64,000 nt of DNA from positions 1,764 through 65,763 of IMG/VR virus record IMGVR_UViG_3300033121_002003; one strand, 5' to 3'. Made by a program: the position numbers and the translations under genes. Source of the DNA: a virus (lineage: Duplodnaviria > Caudoviricetes). Positions 38,850-48,543 of the stretch are shown here, in pieces (position 1 is the stretch's first letter; each line of letters starts with the position of its first letter). The notes beneath the pieces are model-generated. The model had not been told where the DNA came from. It saw only the letters and a list, made by a program, of their open reading frames with translations, and made no database searches.

Positions 38850-39076
38850 GGCAGGCCATCCAAATAAACCAATCCACTATTCTTAAAGGTGGTAGGGTCC
38901 TCCCCATCATTGGTACCCGGAAGCCAGGGCGCGGATACCATAACCCAATAAACCCCTCCGATGTTTACTGGTGGAGTCCATACCGTGAGTAGTTTATATT
39001 CGTGTTCCCATTTTGCAGCTACGTGGGCTCTGCGAGGATACCACACACCCTCGGCTAGGTTTGATCCGGCTTTCAT
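38846..39076 (-). CDS. hypothetical protein
   Basis: 4-bp overlaps with both neighbours. Confidence 0.55.
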   Translation of the reverse strand: MKAGSNLAEGVWYPRRAHVAAKWEHEYKLLTVWTPPVNIGGVYWVMVSAPWLPGTNDGEDPTTFKNSGLVYLDGLP

Positions 39077-39600
39077 ATCAACTTCCCTCCTTCCTTCTCC
39101 CGGTTCTCTTCCTTGTGGTCCGCTCGCTGCTGGTTATAAGCCAGCTTCTCCATCATGGCCCCCGGGACATCCAATCCTAACCACCCAGCCAAATCAAAAA
39201 TCCGGATCATCGCATCGGCCAATTCCACCTCGATCATCTGGCGGTGGGGGAGGTGATCATCCATCAACCCTTTCCGGTAGCCCTCCGTGGCCTCCCCCAA
39301 CTCACTGTGTTGGAGATCCAGCTTGGCCAGGACAATCAAAGCCCGGGCGTATTTTTTCATCCCCTCTGGCACCGAATCAATCACCGCCTGGTCTTTTTTC
39401 CACCATCCCGCATTAAAGCTGCTTTGGTGGCAAAGCCGCTGAACCAGAGTGAGGATGTGGACATAATGGGCATATAGGGGCTGCTCCACCGACATGTGTA
39501 AGGTCTGGGCGCTGGCCACCTCCTGTTCCCGGGCTTCCCGCCCCCGCTCTACGGCCTCCAACATCGCCTGAGTTAGCTGTTCTGTGGTTTTGTTTTCCAT
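39073..39600 (-). CDS. MazG-like nucleotide pyrophosphohydrolase
   Basis: LQHSELGEATEGYRKGLMDDHLPHRQMIEVELADAMIRIFDLAG (ExxE...ExxD), KLAYNQQR. Confidence 0.85.
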   Translation of the reverse strand: MENKTTEQLTQAMLEAVERGREAREQEVASAQTLHMSVEQPLYAHYVHILTLVQRLCHQSSFNAGWWKKDQAVIDSVPEGMKKYARALIVLAKLDLQHSELGEATEGYRKGLMDDHLPHRQMIEVELADAMIRIFDLAGWLGLDVPGAMMEKLAYNQQRADHKEENREKEGGKLI

Positions 39601-39603
39601 TGG

Positions 39604-39873
39604 TTATTTATCCACCCATGTCCCATCAATAAATTCAAGCTTGCCCTTGGCTACCCGGGCGGGATGATCTGCTATTAACCTAGTCAGATGATCTATATCA
39701 AACTGGGTCAGTGTATACCCAATATTAAATGGGTCTCCAGCCTTGGCCGAGAAGTCTGCGGTAAGGTGGCCTCTAAGATATATCACTATACCCTTATAGT
39801 TCATATCGGCATCGTAGCACTCGAAGGCCAGGATTCGTATAGGATCCTGGGATTTGGGGTTGTTCTCTTCCAT
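39604..39873 (-). CDS. hypothetical protein
   Basis: ORF with AAAGGA RBS. Confidence 0.5.
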   Translation of the reverse strand: MEENNPKSQDPIRILAFECYDADMNYKGIVIYLRGHLTADFSAKAGDPFNIGYTLTQFDIDHLTRLIADHPARVAKGKLEFIDGTWVDK

Positions 39874-39886
39874 AGTTATCCTTTCT

Positions 39887-40225
39887 TTAGTCCCCCTCTG
39901 GATCCTGCCAGAACGCAGTGTTGCAATTCGGACACCGGTTCAACCGGCTAATAGGTACCATCCCATCTGGATAATGATGGTCCCAATACAATACCCCAGG
40001 CTGCTCCCATTTCTCAATCTCATCCCACTTAAGTGACCGCTTTGGAAACCCCGGCGCCCGGTATCCGCAATCCGGCTGAGGGCACTGCCCGTTACACAAA
40101 GGCACTTGCCCTTCCCATACCAGCTTGGGCCGGCAGGGGGTGATAATAACTGACTGGGCTTTAGCCCAAGTGGCGGTTAGGGCCGCGGCCAGGGCTGTGA
40201 AAAAACCTTTTCTGGTTGTTGTCAT
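39887..40225 (-). CDS. Cys-rich protein with Tat-like signal
   Basis: TRKGFFTALAAALTATWAKA|Q; CNGQCPQPDC ... CPNC. Confidence 0.55.
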   Translation of the reverse strand: MTTTRKGFFTALAAALTATWAKAQSVIITPCRPKLVWEGQVPLCNGQCPQPDCGYRAPGFPKRSLKWDEIEKWEQPGVLYWDHHYPDGMVPISRLNRCPNCNTAFWQDPEGD

Positions 40226-40243
40226 TTGTTGATCTCCTGACCT

Positions 40244-40741
40244 TCAATAATTACGCAACTTTCTCCATCTAAATTCCAATATCATCTCGTTGATTTCCTG
40301 CTCCGTTAGCCAGACTGTCAAATGTCCAATGTCTCCCGGAGCAAACACTATATGCTCAACTACCGGTGCCCGCAGATATATACCTACCATATCAGGATCG
40401 CGCTTGCCTGTAACAGGGTCGCGCCAGTGTACAATCATTGCCATAGACTGGGCGGGCCGGATATGTCGGATATCAGGATAATCCACCGGCGGGGTCCACT
40501 CCCGCCAATTTCTCCATTCCCAATACTTCAACATCTCCGGCGGCCAGTTACACAAATTCCAATCCGGATCTTGCTGGTGGGTTAACAAACAATCTACCCC
40601 ACACAATGGGGTGAGCCAATGCGCGCCGCACCCACAGGTATACCACAAATCACCTCCGGCCATCCAAGCCTGAAAATCCCCAGTGACCTTTCTGACCTGG
40701 GCCTCAAACTTCCGCTGCCATTCCGCTTTTTGCCGGGTCAT
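40244..40741 (-). CDS. hypothetical protein with Cys motifs
   Basis: WYTCGCGAHWLTPLCGVDC. Confidence 0.5.
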   Translation of the reverse strand: MTRQKAEWQRKFEAQVRKVTGDFQAWMAGGDLWYTCGCGAHWLTPLCGVDCLLTHQQDPDWNLCNWPPEMLKYWEWRNWREWTPPVDYPDIRHIRPAQSMAMIVHWRDPVTGKRDPDMVGIYLRAPVVEHIVFAPGDIGHLTVWLTEQEINEMILEFRWRKLRNY

Positions 40742-40784
40742 AAATCATACCCCATATCATCCATCCTCCCTAGTTTCTTTATCC

Positions 40785-43700
40785 TTAGCCATTCAACCAT
40801 TCCTCCAATCCTTTAATCTCCTTACACTGTGCCCAGCTCTCCCCCAGCCCGGATATGGAAAACTCGGCCTCGCACTCCAACCCTTTCCCCCCGGGCAGGA
40901 TTAAATACCTGCTCTCCTCCTGCATTTTCCTTTGCATCACCCTAATCGCCGCCTTCTCCAACCCATTCCTACAAACCGCCACCAGGGAATCGTGGATCTG
41001 ATTGCAAATCCCAAACTCCTCCCCGGCCCCACAATCCTCCAGGTCAATCATGGCTTCCTTAATCCGCCCAAACGCATCATTGGCGGGTAAAAACGCAATC
41101 GCCGCTTCTGCATCATCCCCAGACTCCACCCGCCATCTCATTCCATTTTTATCAGTCAGAACCTTCCATCCCCACTTAGGCGCCTCCAACCGATGCAACG
41201 GCTTGTATCTTCGGACACAATTAAACCTCCTGACATACCCATGCGCGGATACCAAATACCCCTGCTGGTGGGCCCGGTCCTGGATCTCCTCCCGCCACTT
41301 ACAAGTAATGGGAAAGGCCTCATCCAAACTCCTCACAATCCTCTCCGCATCCGCTTTGCTGGCAATGAACTCCTGGTTCTCATGCCACAGCCTGCCCGGC
41401 CCCATCCCAAACCCATATCCCAAAATAGTAGGCTTGCCCTGCTTGTCCCTGACAAACTTGAAATTCACCGGATCGGGGCTGGCTGCGATCTTATACCTGG
41501 GTTTCTTATCCCCCTTCAACTCCTCAAACAACCGCATCATATCCTGATCGGACATCTTCACCAGTTCATCGGCTTGGTAGATATTCACCAGGCGGGTAGC
41601 GGTGAAGAAACTGTGCATATCCAACCTGGCCAACCGCATATACAGGGGATCGTTGGCCTCGAACCCTGTGGTCAGAACATGAAAGGACTTAAAATCACCC
41701 TCAATGATCCTATACCCAGGCGGCGCCTTGACCATCCCCCGCAATAGTTGGGCGAATTGTTGGTTGTGTTTGGGGAAATTCTGGCAGTTCCCAGTGATTG
41801 CTACCTTTCCATTCCGGCGTACCACCACCGTACCTTGGGGCATGGATACGCAATAAACCCAACCCTGATAATAATACTCCACCGGTTGGAGGTTGGTTGT
41901 CATGGAATAATCCTGGTCGGTTGCGTCCACTTGCCAGTTAGGCTGGGTTAGTTTATCGTTATAATACTCCCTAACCTTTGCCCTTCGCCCGGCCAGACAA
42001 GTTAGGATCTGCACCCAATCAGCGTTAGCCTTATTGCTACTAGAGTACATTGTTCGGCCTTCCGCATATCCATCCCAAAACCAGACCTCTTCAGCTAGCA
42101 AACTAAACGACTCTTGATCCAGATCCATAATCCAGGAATCAAATTGCTTACGTTGCCGAATCCATTCAGGAACTTCCCCGGCATGTATATAATACCGGCG
42201 CTCTCCATTTTCCTTGTCATAGCGGGAATAGGCATAACCCAAATCACCCAAGGCCATCTCTAGCCGCTGCTGTTTTCTTGGTTTGCTAAACCCAAACTCA
42301 ACAGCTGTGCAACTACGCAACAAATGGCCATCTGCCTGCAGGGCCGCCAGAAATATGATCTCAGCCCGGGATAGTTTTGTTTTTCCTCCCTTATATATCC
42401 CGGCTTGCATCTGTTGGTAATCTTCTGGATAGTCTTTGGCCGCTACCCATTGCCATTTTTTGGTTTTGCGATTCCTTACCAGGCACCGATGATCTGGAGT
42501 CATAAGCATATCTAACTGCTGTTCGGTATGAATATGCACCATAGGGCCACTATGCCAATTTCGGATATAACTAGTGGGCCGCGCCAGTGATATAACCCCG
42601 GATTTTGGATTGTATTGGGCCACCTGCAGCGCCGGATTCAAATCTTGAAACAGCTTCCAGCCGTCTTCGGTCAGGATCTCCGTGTCAGAGGAAAAGCAGT
42701 TTGGGTTACGGCTGGATAATTGGCCGGTAGCGGGAGAGGTGGTAAAAAACGAATGTACTCTCCCATCTTTTCCGGGCTGCCAACCCTGGGATGGTTGCTT
42801 CCATTTCCCTGTGGCCTGGAATTTTTTCTCCATAGCCTCATATTCCGGGCTCCCCGGCCCCGGACCCCCGACATAGGTCCCGGTCATTTTCTCTATCTCT
42901 TTGTACTCAATCCCCAACTCCAACACCGGATCCTTCACCCGGTTGTTCAACCGCCGGAGTTCCTTTTTATCAGTGGTTTCCTTGTCCGACCGAAACGCGG
43001 TTGGTACTTTCCACTTGGCCAGTTCTTCCGCCCGGGCCTGACAGTCCGGGCAGTCCTGTGCCCGCTGATACCCCAATCCATGCCGGCAGGGTTTATCCAA
43101 CAGTCTTTTGATTTCTTCTTTTCTTTTCCATCGAATATAGTCCCGGATCTGGAAAGTAGAGTTGGGATTGAATTCCTTCAATTCCACCCATCTCTCCACC
43201 GGCACCGGAGAATTCTTTAATACAATCTCCCTAAGCTCAAACCGCTTGCCGGACTTGGGATGGAATGCCACCTTGGCGGCGGTGGCCGCCGCCACTGCTT
43301 CTTGCCCCTGTTTTCTCAGCCATAACGGCACCTGCTTTAGGCCTTCTTTTTGTTTCGCTGGCCGCAAACAATCCGGGATCAGGGGTTGGATCTGGGCGAT
43401 CTTTTCCTTTTTCAGCCCCTGCAGATACCTCCAGATCTGCATTCTTTCCTGCTCGTCCACCGGCATTCCCCGGCGCTGCATCTGATCCAACGACTTGGCC
43501 GACAGTTCATTGACCTGCCGCCGATAGCCCTGCAATAAAGATACCTTGGATTGGGGATGGCTCAGGCCGGCCAGGTTTTTCTTCAACCATCTCCATAGCC
43601 GTTGGGGATAGTCCACATCCAGGGCCCCGTAAAATCGCTCATCGGATGTGAACATATGCTTCCAACAACCGGCCAGGGAAATCTCCGGGATCATACTACA

Positions 43701-44882
43701 AGCAAACTGCAGGCCTTGGGGCAGATCCGGCTCCCAGTGATGCCACATCTGCATCAAATCGTGATAGTTGCCAACAGGAATGGATCTGTTGATCAATTCC
43801 CTAACTTGGGGCTGCCACAACCCCAAATGCCCATCCATCCTCTTAATCAACATGGCATCGTTGTAATGCCGGTCAAATCCCCTTCCGTTGTAATCCAGCT
43901 TGTCATTGGTACACTCCAACAACAAGGTCAGCTTTTCCAGCACCCACGGTTCCCACCCCGAAACAATCGCCTGTCCCGGCCGGAGGCTAGCCTGGACCTG
44001 ATTGACTTCCCGCATGGCATGGTCATACTCCGACTCATCTGTGGCTGAATAAGTGAAATTAGTCTCGTAGTCATAAGAAATAGCCAGCTCCGGATTGGCC
44101 CGGGCATCCTCAATCATCCGATCCCAATCTGCCGGGCCGGCGTTTAACACATACCCCTGCTGGTCAGTTCCTGCTATCTCCCCATAATCCTGGATATGGG
44201 GGACCTTATTCCCCAGGTCCCGGCTGGTTATCCCCTTATGCGCCAGGGCAATCGCCAACTTGATATCCCTAATCAGCACCGACAACAAAGCCATCCCGCC
44301 GCCCTGGGCTTTTTCCGTCTTGGCCCCGGTTTCCTGGGATTTCTCCTTACTCCCCCTAGCCAGGAATGATGGATGGTAGGTCAGCACCACCGGCAATCCC
44401 CCATACTCTGGCTTGGATTGATAAACAAATCCCCTATCTCTTAATACCTGGAACTCTGTCCTCCCCGTGAGTTCGTAAAACGCCGTAGCTCCCAGCGCCA
44501 CCAAACACTTAATCCCCTTTTCCCTAAACAGCTGCTGATTCCACCCCCGGCAAATTCCTTTGGCCTCCTCCTCCCACGGCATCCCCACCAGCTGATTGTT
44601 ATAAGGCTGCCACCATACCGTGTTGGTGATTAAATAACTGTCCCGGGGAAGCCCTATATTCCTAATACAATTCGCCAAGACCGCCCCGGCCTCTGCCCAC
44701 GGCCTAAAGGGCATCCCATCCTTTTGCTCATGATGCCCGCCGGCCTCCCCCACTAGGGCCACCCCTGACTTCCCCGTTCCTTCTGAGCAAACCAGGGGCA
44801 CCCGGGCGGATCTCCCGCCCGGCCCCACCCCTGGTACCTCCCAACTCACTCCCTTGGTCGGGTATTTCTGAAGCATTTGCAT
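40785..44882 (-). CDS. polA: uracil-DNA glycosylase (family 4-like) + 3'-5' exonuclease + family A DNA polymerase, intein-containing
   Basis: UDG VGEAGG...TN...YHPSFLAR; ExoI YDYET, ExoII NGRGFD, ExoIII YGALD; TGQLSSRNPN|CQN; motif A GDF; motif B R..K...LG.GFG; motif C IHDS. Confidence 0.92.
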   Translation of the reverse strand: MQMLQKYPTKGVSWEVPGVGPGGRSARVPLVCSEGTGKSGVALVGEAGGHHEQKDGMPFRPWAEAGAVLANCIRNIGLPRDSYLITNTVWWQPYNNQLVGMPWEEEAKGICRGWNQQLFREKGIKCLVALGATAFYELTGRTEFQVLRDRGFVYQSKPEYGGLPVVLTYHPSFLARGSKEKSQETGAKTEKAQGGGMALLSVLIRDIKLAIALAHKGITSRDLGNKVPHIQDYGEIAGTDQQGYVLNAGPADWDRMIEDARANPELAISYDYETNFTYSATDESEYDHAMREVNQVQASLRPGQAIVSGWEPWVLEKLTLLLECTNDKLDYNGRGFDRHYNDAMLIKRMDGHLGLWQPQVRELINRSIPVGNYHDLMQMWHHWEPDLPQGLQFACSMIPEISLAGCWKHMFTSDERFYGALDVDYPQRLWRWLKKNLAGLSHPQSKVSLLQGYRRQVNELSAKSLDQMQRRGMPVDEQERMQIWRYLQGLKKEKIAQIQPLIPDCLRPAKQKEGLKQVPLWLRKQGQEAVAAATAAKVAFHPKSGKRFELREIVLKNSPVPVERWVELKEFNPNSTFQIRDYIRWKRKEEIKRLLDKPCRHGLGYQRAQDCPDCQARAEELAKWKVPTAFRSDKETTDKKELRRLNNRVKDPVLELGIEYKEIEKMTGTYVGGPGPGSPEYEAMEKKFQATGKWKQPSQGWQPGKDGRVHSFFTTSPATGQLSSRNPNCFSSDTEILTEDGWKLFQDLNPALQVAQYNPKSGVISLARPTSYIRNWHSGPMVHIHTEQQLDMLMTPDHRCLVRNRKTKKWQWVAAKDYPEDYQQMQAGIYKGGKTKLSRAEIIFLAALQADGHLLRSCTAVEFGFSKPRKQQRLEMALGDLGYAYSRYDKENGERRYYIHAGEVPEWIRQRKQFDSWIMDLDQESFSLLAEEVWFWDGYAEGRTMYSSSNKANADWVQILTCLAGRRAKVREYYNDKLTQPNWQVDATDQDYSMTTNLQPVEYYYQGWVYCVSMPQGTVVVRRNGKVAITGNCQNFPKHNQQFAQLLRGMVKAPPGYRIIEGDFKSFHVLTTGFEANDPLYMRLARLDMHSFFTATRLVNIYQADELVKMSDQDMMRLFEELKGDKKPRYKIAASPDPVNFKFVRDKQGKPTILGYGFGMGPGRLWHENQEFIASKADAERIVRSLDEAFPITCKWREEIQDRAHQQGYLVSAHGYVRRFNCVRRYKPLHRLEAPKWGWKVLTDKNGMRWRVESGDDAEAAIAFLPANDAFGRIKEAMIDLEDCGAGEEFGICNQIHDSLVAVCRNGLEKAAIRVMQRKMQEESRYLILPGGKGLECEAEFSISGLGESWAQCKEIKGLEEWLNG
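41787..42698 (-). mobile_element. intein (304 aa) with LAGLIDADG-like endonuclease region
   Basis: Begins CFSSDTEILTEDGW, block B MLMTPDHR, LAALQADG, ends VAITGN followed by +1 Cys; removal restores SSRNPNCQNFP. Confidence 0.92.
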
Positions 44883-44899
44883 CTTGAATTACCTTTCTA

Positions 44900-45130
44900 T
44901 TACCCGTGGGCCTCGGCATCATCTACAAATTCCATAGCCTGCCGAGCTGTCTTAAATGTAATTTTTACAAGTCTGGAATTGTGCGATACCAACCAATATT
45001 GGCTATCCCGTGGTCTGCTTACCACAACCGATCCATCCCGGACCCTCCGGACATAATATTTTCTGCCGCCCTGCTCCAGATGAGATCGCCACTCTTTATC
45101 CCTCATTGCACCATCCCCCCGCCCGGCCAC
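44900..45130 (-). CDS. hypothetical protein
   Basis: 76-aa ORF on coding strand. Confidence 0.45.
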   Translation of the reverse strand: MAGRGDGAMRDKEWRSHLEQGGRKYYVRRVRDGSVVVSRPRDSQYWLVSHNSRLVKITFKTARQAMEFVDDAEAHG

Positions 45131-45609
45131 CCTTTCCCTCCCCCATCCTCTGCCTTAATCACCTTCTTCACCCTATCCTCCCTCACCCGCTCATCCCACC
45201 CTTCCTTGCTGGCCTGGGCCAGTGCCTGCTGTACCGCTTCCGACGGCTCCCATCCCATCGTCCACATCAACAACAGCTCCTTGATCAAATCCGCCCCGAT
45301 AAAGATCCGGTATTTCAATTGGGGAATCAGCCAGGTCCATTGAGGCAAGGTCTTCCATCCCGCGGCTTTACCCATCCCAATCTCGTCCGGGGTTGCCGGC
45401 CGGAACATACTCCCGCCCACCACCCCCCGGGTAAATCCCAACTCCGCCACTACCGGCCGATCGGCTGACCATACCTGAAACCCCAAGTACAACCCCCCAG
45501 GGTAGGGAAAAGCAAACTGATTGATCAATCCAAAATCCGCCCAGGGTTCTGCAGGAGCTGGATTATCCGGTATGGTATCCGGATCCATCATGTCTTTTCC
45601 TAGAGCCAT
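45103..45609 (-). CDS. hypothetical protein
   Basis: 168-aa ORF on coding strand. Confidence 0.5.
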   Translation of the reverse strand: MALGKDMMDPDTIPDNPAPAEPWADFGLINQFAFPYPGGLYLGFQVWSADRPVVAELGFTRGVVGGSMFRPATPDEIGMGKAAGWKTLPQWTWLIPQLKYRIFIGADLIKELLLMWTMGWEPSEAVQQALAQASKEGWDERVREDRVKKVIKAEDGGGKGWPGGGMVQ

Positions 45610-47090
45610 TCCCTTACCTCCTTAGCCGCATTGATTTGCCTTGCCAGAATAAACTCCCCTCCCACAACCCGCAGCCCTTGGGGCGTCCGGGCCCGACTCA
45701 GTGCCACATACGCCATGTTGGGGTTGCCGAAAAACCTATCCCGGCAATCGATCTGCACATTATCCATGCTCAATCCTTGACTCTTGTGAACCGTTGTTGC
45801 CCAACCCAATCTCAGTGGATACCAATCCATCCACCCGCAGGCCCATCCTCCCCGGGTCCCATCCAATCCCCGCATTTCCTCTTCCCACTTGGCCCCCGGG
45901 GAATCCTTCTCACACTCATGCCACCGGCGGATCCGCCCAATCACCACCGTTTCTCCGGTCCTCTGCAGTTTCACCACTACCCCAGCCCCTCTCATCCCCT
46001 CAACCACTCCCAGGTCCCCATTTCCATAAGCCATATCCCCATTGGCTCCACCATCTACGTCATTGGCTAGGATCATCACCAAGGCCCCCTCCTTCACCAC
46101 CAAGGGCCCGATCTTCCCACCCGGACAGCCGGATATCAAATTCTTCCACTCCGTTTTGGGTAGCCCCCCAAACTTATTATCCAACCGGATCTCCGGCTTA
46201 TCCAACTGCCCCAGCCGCTTCTGATTAAACTCATCCACCCGCCGGTTGATGGCAAATATGGTAGTCCCGGGGAACTGCTCATCCAACATCCCCGTGTATT
46301 TCACCCCAGCCTCCCTAAACTGCCTGGCCGCCTCTGGCCCATGCCCAGCCCGGGCCAGGTTCAGCCCCGCCAAGAACTTGGGATCTGTCTGGCGCCAGAC
46401 CTTCTCCAACCTGACCACATTCCTCCCTACCACTCCCCAACACGGCGCGGTGAAGCACCAATCCGCCGGCTCTTCAATGGTCGACACCGGCGGTAGCTGG
46501 GCAAAGTCCCCGGTCAGGATCAACTTAATCGGCTCCGGCAGCCGCTGATTCACCGTCTGCAGAGCCATATATATGGTCTCCAATTGCGCGGCCGGCATCA
46601 TGGAGATCTCATCAATCCCCAGCACCCGCAGTCCCTTGTCGATATACAACTCCCTCAACCTCCGGGTCAGCAACCCGTTGGTGAAGTTCTGGATCAAACT
46701 GCTGGTGTTGAAGAACTTCAACAATGAATTAAGGGTGATAGTATCCAGGTTCACCGCGGCAATGCCGGTGGTGGCGCACAGCTTCATCCCTTTGTCTTTC
46801 TTGGCCATTTCCCTGACAATCCAGGACTTTCCCGTCCCCGCATTGCCGGTGATCATCTTCACATCCACATCCTGCGGGTCGCGTAGCGTGTCCTCAACCA
46901 TGGTATTGGCCAGCATCCGGTCCTGCTCGCTGACCACCTCGTCAGCCAGGAGGGAATCAATGTCATCCAAGGATTCCACAATGCCCTCCCGCGGGGGTGG
47001 CGGCACATCCTCATCCCGGGCCTCGCCCGGATCCCAATCCAATCCCTTAGATTGCCGTAAGTCTTTCAATTTCTGATTAAAATCGACCAT
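45600..47090 (-). CDS. Pif1-like SF1B helicase
   Basis: ITGNAGTGKS, IDEISM, TGDFAQLPPV, YPLRLGWATTVHKSQGLS, YVALSRA. Confidence 0.92.
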   Translation of the reverse strand: MVDFNQKLKDLRQSKGLDWDPGEARDEDVPPPPREGIVESLDDIDSLLADEVVSEQDRMLANTMVEDTLRDPQDVDVKMITGNAGTGKSWIVREMAKKDKGMKLCATTGIAAVNLDTITLNSLLKFFNTSSLIQNFTNGLLTRRLRELYIDKGLRVLGIDEISMMPAAQLETIYMALQTVNQRLPEPIKLILTGDFAQLPPVSTIEEPADWCFTAPCWGVVGRNVVRLEKVWRQTDPKFLAGLNLARAGHGPEAARQFREAGVKYTGMLDEQFPGTTIFAINRRVDEFNQKRLGQLDKPEIRLDNKFGGLPKTEWKNLISGCPGGKIGPLVVKEGALVMILANDVDGGANGDMAYGNGDLGVVEGMRGAGVVVKLQRTGETVVIGRIRRWHECEKDSPGAKWEEEMRGLDGTRGGWACGWMDWYPLRLGWATTVHKSQGLSMDNVQIDCRDRFFGNPNMAYVALSRARTPQGLRVVGGEFILARQINAAKEVREWL

Positions 47091-47136
47091 ACTATTTCTA
47101 GGGGTCCTTTCTTTTTAGTATTTGTCAGTCCTATCC

Positions 47137-47622
47137 TCAATCCAACCCATCCTCATCAAACAATCCCTGTTGACATCCCCCTTGCATCCTCTCCAACTCC
47201 TTCATTACCGACCACTCTTTCCCTCTCCCTTCCCATCCCGCCACGATCATCTCCACTACCAACCTGTCAATTTCCTCATTAGCCCCCGGCCGTTTCCTAA
47301 ACCCCTGTATCCCCTTTGCCATCCCCAACCTACTGGAGTTATCCAGCGCCTGGTGCAGATTATAATCCATCACCGCCAGGTTATAGGGACAACAATTCTT
47401 GGGATCCAGATCAATATGATGGACTTCTTTATCCGGGCCGGGTTTCTCCCCCGTCAATTTCTCAATCACCCACCGGTGGAGGTATTTGTTTCTGTGCGCG
47501 GTAGGGGTATAGATTCTCCAATACCCTTTTTTAGTCAGCAGATGCCCGGGTGGACTAAACAGTGGGCAATTGGGGTTATGGCAATCCCGATGCCGGGGCT
47601 TGTTTATTTTAGGCGGGGCCAT
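47137..47622 (-). CDS. HNH (HNH_3-like) endonuclease
   Basis: YLHRWVIE...EVHHIDLDPKNCCPYNL. Confidence 0.85.
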   Translation of the reverse strand: MAPPKINKPRHRDCHNPNCPLFSPPGHLLTKKGYWRIYTPTAHRNKYLHRWVIEKLTGEKPGPDKEVHHIDLDPKNCCPYNLAVMDYNLHQALDNSSRLGMAKGIQGFRKRPGANEEIDRLVVEMIVAGWEGRGKEWSVMKELERMQGGCQQGLFDEDGLD

Positions 47623-47636
47623 TCCTCTCTATCCCC

Positions 47637-47924
47637 TTACTGCTTCAAAAAGTCAATCACCGCGGAGGCCTGGACTGAGGACAAATCTTTCCATTCCTTT
47701 TGATCATCCCCCAACTCCAACCCTTCCCGTTCTGACTCCCCAAATGCCTCCCGGCAGACTTCCTTGAAATCCGTCCAGTCGTACAGCGGATGCCGGCCCA
47801 ACAGGCTATCAATCAGATCCGCCTGAGGAGCGGTCAGATAATTCCTGTTCGTCACCTGATGGGTCAGCAGCTTGTCTTGTTCGGCCTTGGACAATTTGGC
47901 CATTGTATTGGTTCCTTTCTTCAC
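47637..47924 (-). CDS. hypothetical protein
   Basis: Likely start MAKLSK with GAAAGGA RBS; QASAVIDFLK tail. Confidence 0.55.
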   Translation of the reverse strand: MKKGTNTMAKLSKAEQDKLLTHQVTNRNYLTAPQADLIDSLLGRHPLYDWTDFKEVCREAFGESEREGLELGDDQKEWKDLSSVQASAVIDFLKQ

Positions 47925-48213
47925 ATTCCTTACAATATTTCTTATTCCTGCTTATCACCTTCCCACACACACATCCCCAACTTCCCAGCTGGCTGCCCGC
48001 CGGCCTCTGGCCCTTTATCCACTGACTCTCCCACATCGCCTGGGCAATCACTGCCATGGATTCCATGGGCCCCATTCCCTGGGTTCTCTTGGCCAGCTCC
48101 TGGGCCAGCTCTGGATGCCGGATCAAAAACTGATGCAGCTCCCCTTCCAGGTTGGGCTGGTTGAAAACATTCCCCGGTGGCAGATCCCGTGATCCAACTG
48201 GTTTCTCTGTCAT
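47809..48213 (-). CDS. hypothetical protein with C-terminal zinc-finger-like motif
   Basis: CVCGKVISRNKKYCKEC. Confidence 0.5.
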   Translation of the reverse strand: MTEKPVGSRDLPPGNVFNQPNLEGELHQFLIRHPELAQELAKRTQGMGPMESMAVIAQAMWESQWIKGQRPAGSQLGSWGCVCGKVISRNKKYCKECEERNQYNGQIVQGRTRQAADPSGDEQELSDRSSGGSD

Positions 48214-48219
48214 ATTTTG

Positions 48220-48510
48220 TTAATCCCTTCCCTTCCCCCGGGCCCACATACTGATCACCCTCGCTACCATCCCCACTACTATCCCCACCATTACCGCCAA
48301 GCCCACCCCCGGTTCCGGGGTGGCCACCTCCAACCTGGGCGGATCTCCAATCTCCACCTTCCCCTCTCCCCACCTTCCCACCAACCGCGGGGCCATTACC
48401 ACCTGATCATAAACCCCCGGGCCTTGCGGTCCCTCCCCTGCCACCGATTGGGTATACCAATATTGCAACTCCCCCTCTCCATCATCACCTTGTTGATTGG
48501 TTATCGTCAT
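48220..48510 (-). CDS. small membrane protein
   Basis: C-terminal TM GVGLAVMVGIVVGMVARVI. Confidence 0.5.
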   Translation of the reverse strand: MTITNQQGDDGEGELQYWYTQSVAGEGPQGPGVYDQVVMAPRLVGRWGEGKVEIGDPPRLEVATPEPGVGLAVMVGIVVGMVARVISMWARGKGRD

Positions 48511-48543
48511 TGCTTTTTACCTCCTGCTTCCAATCCTAATCCC

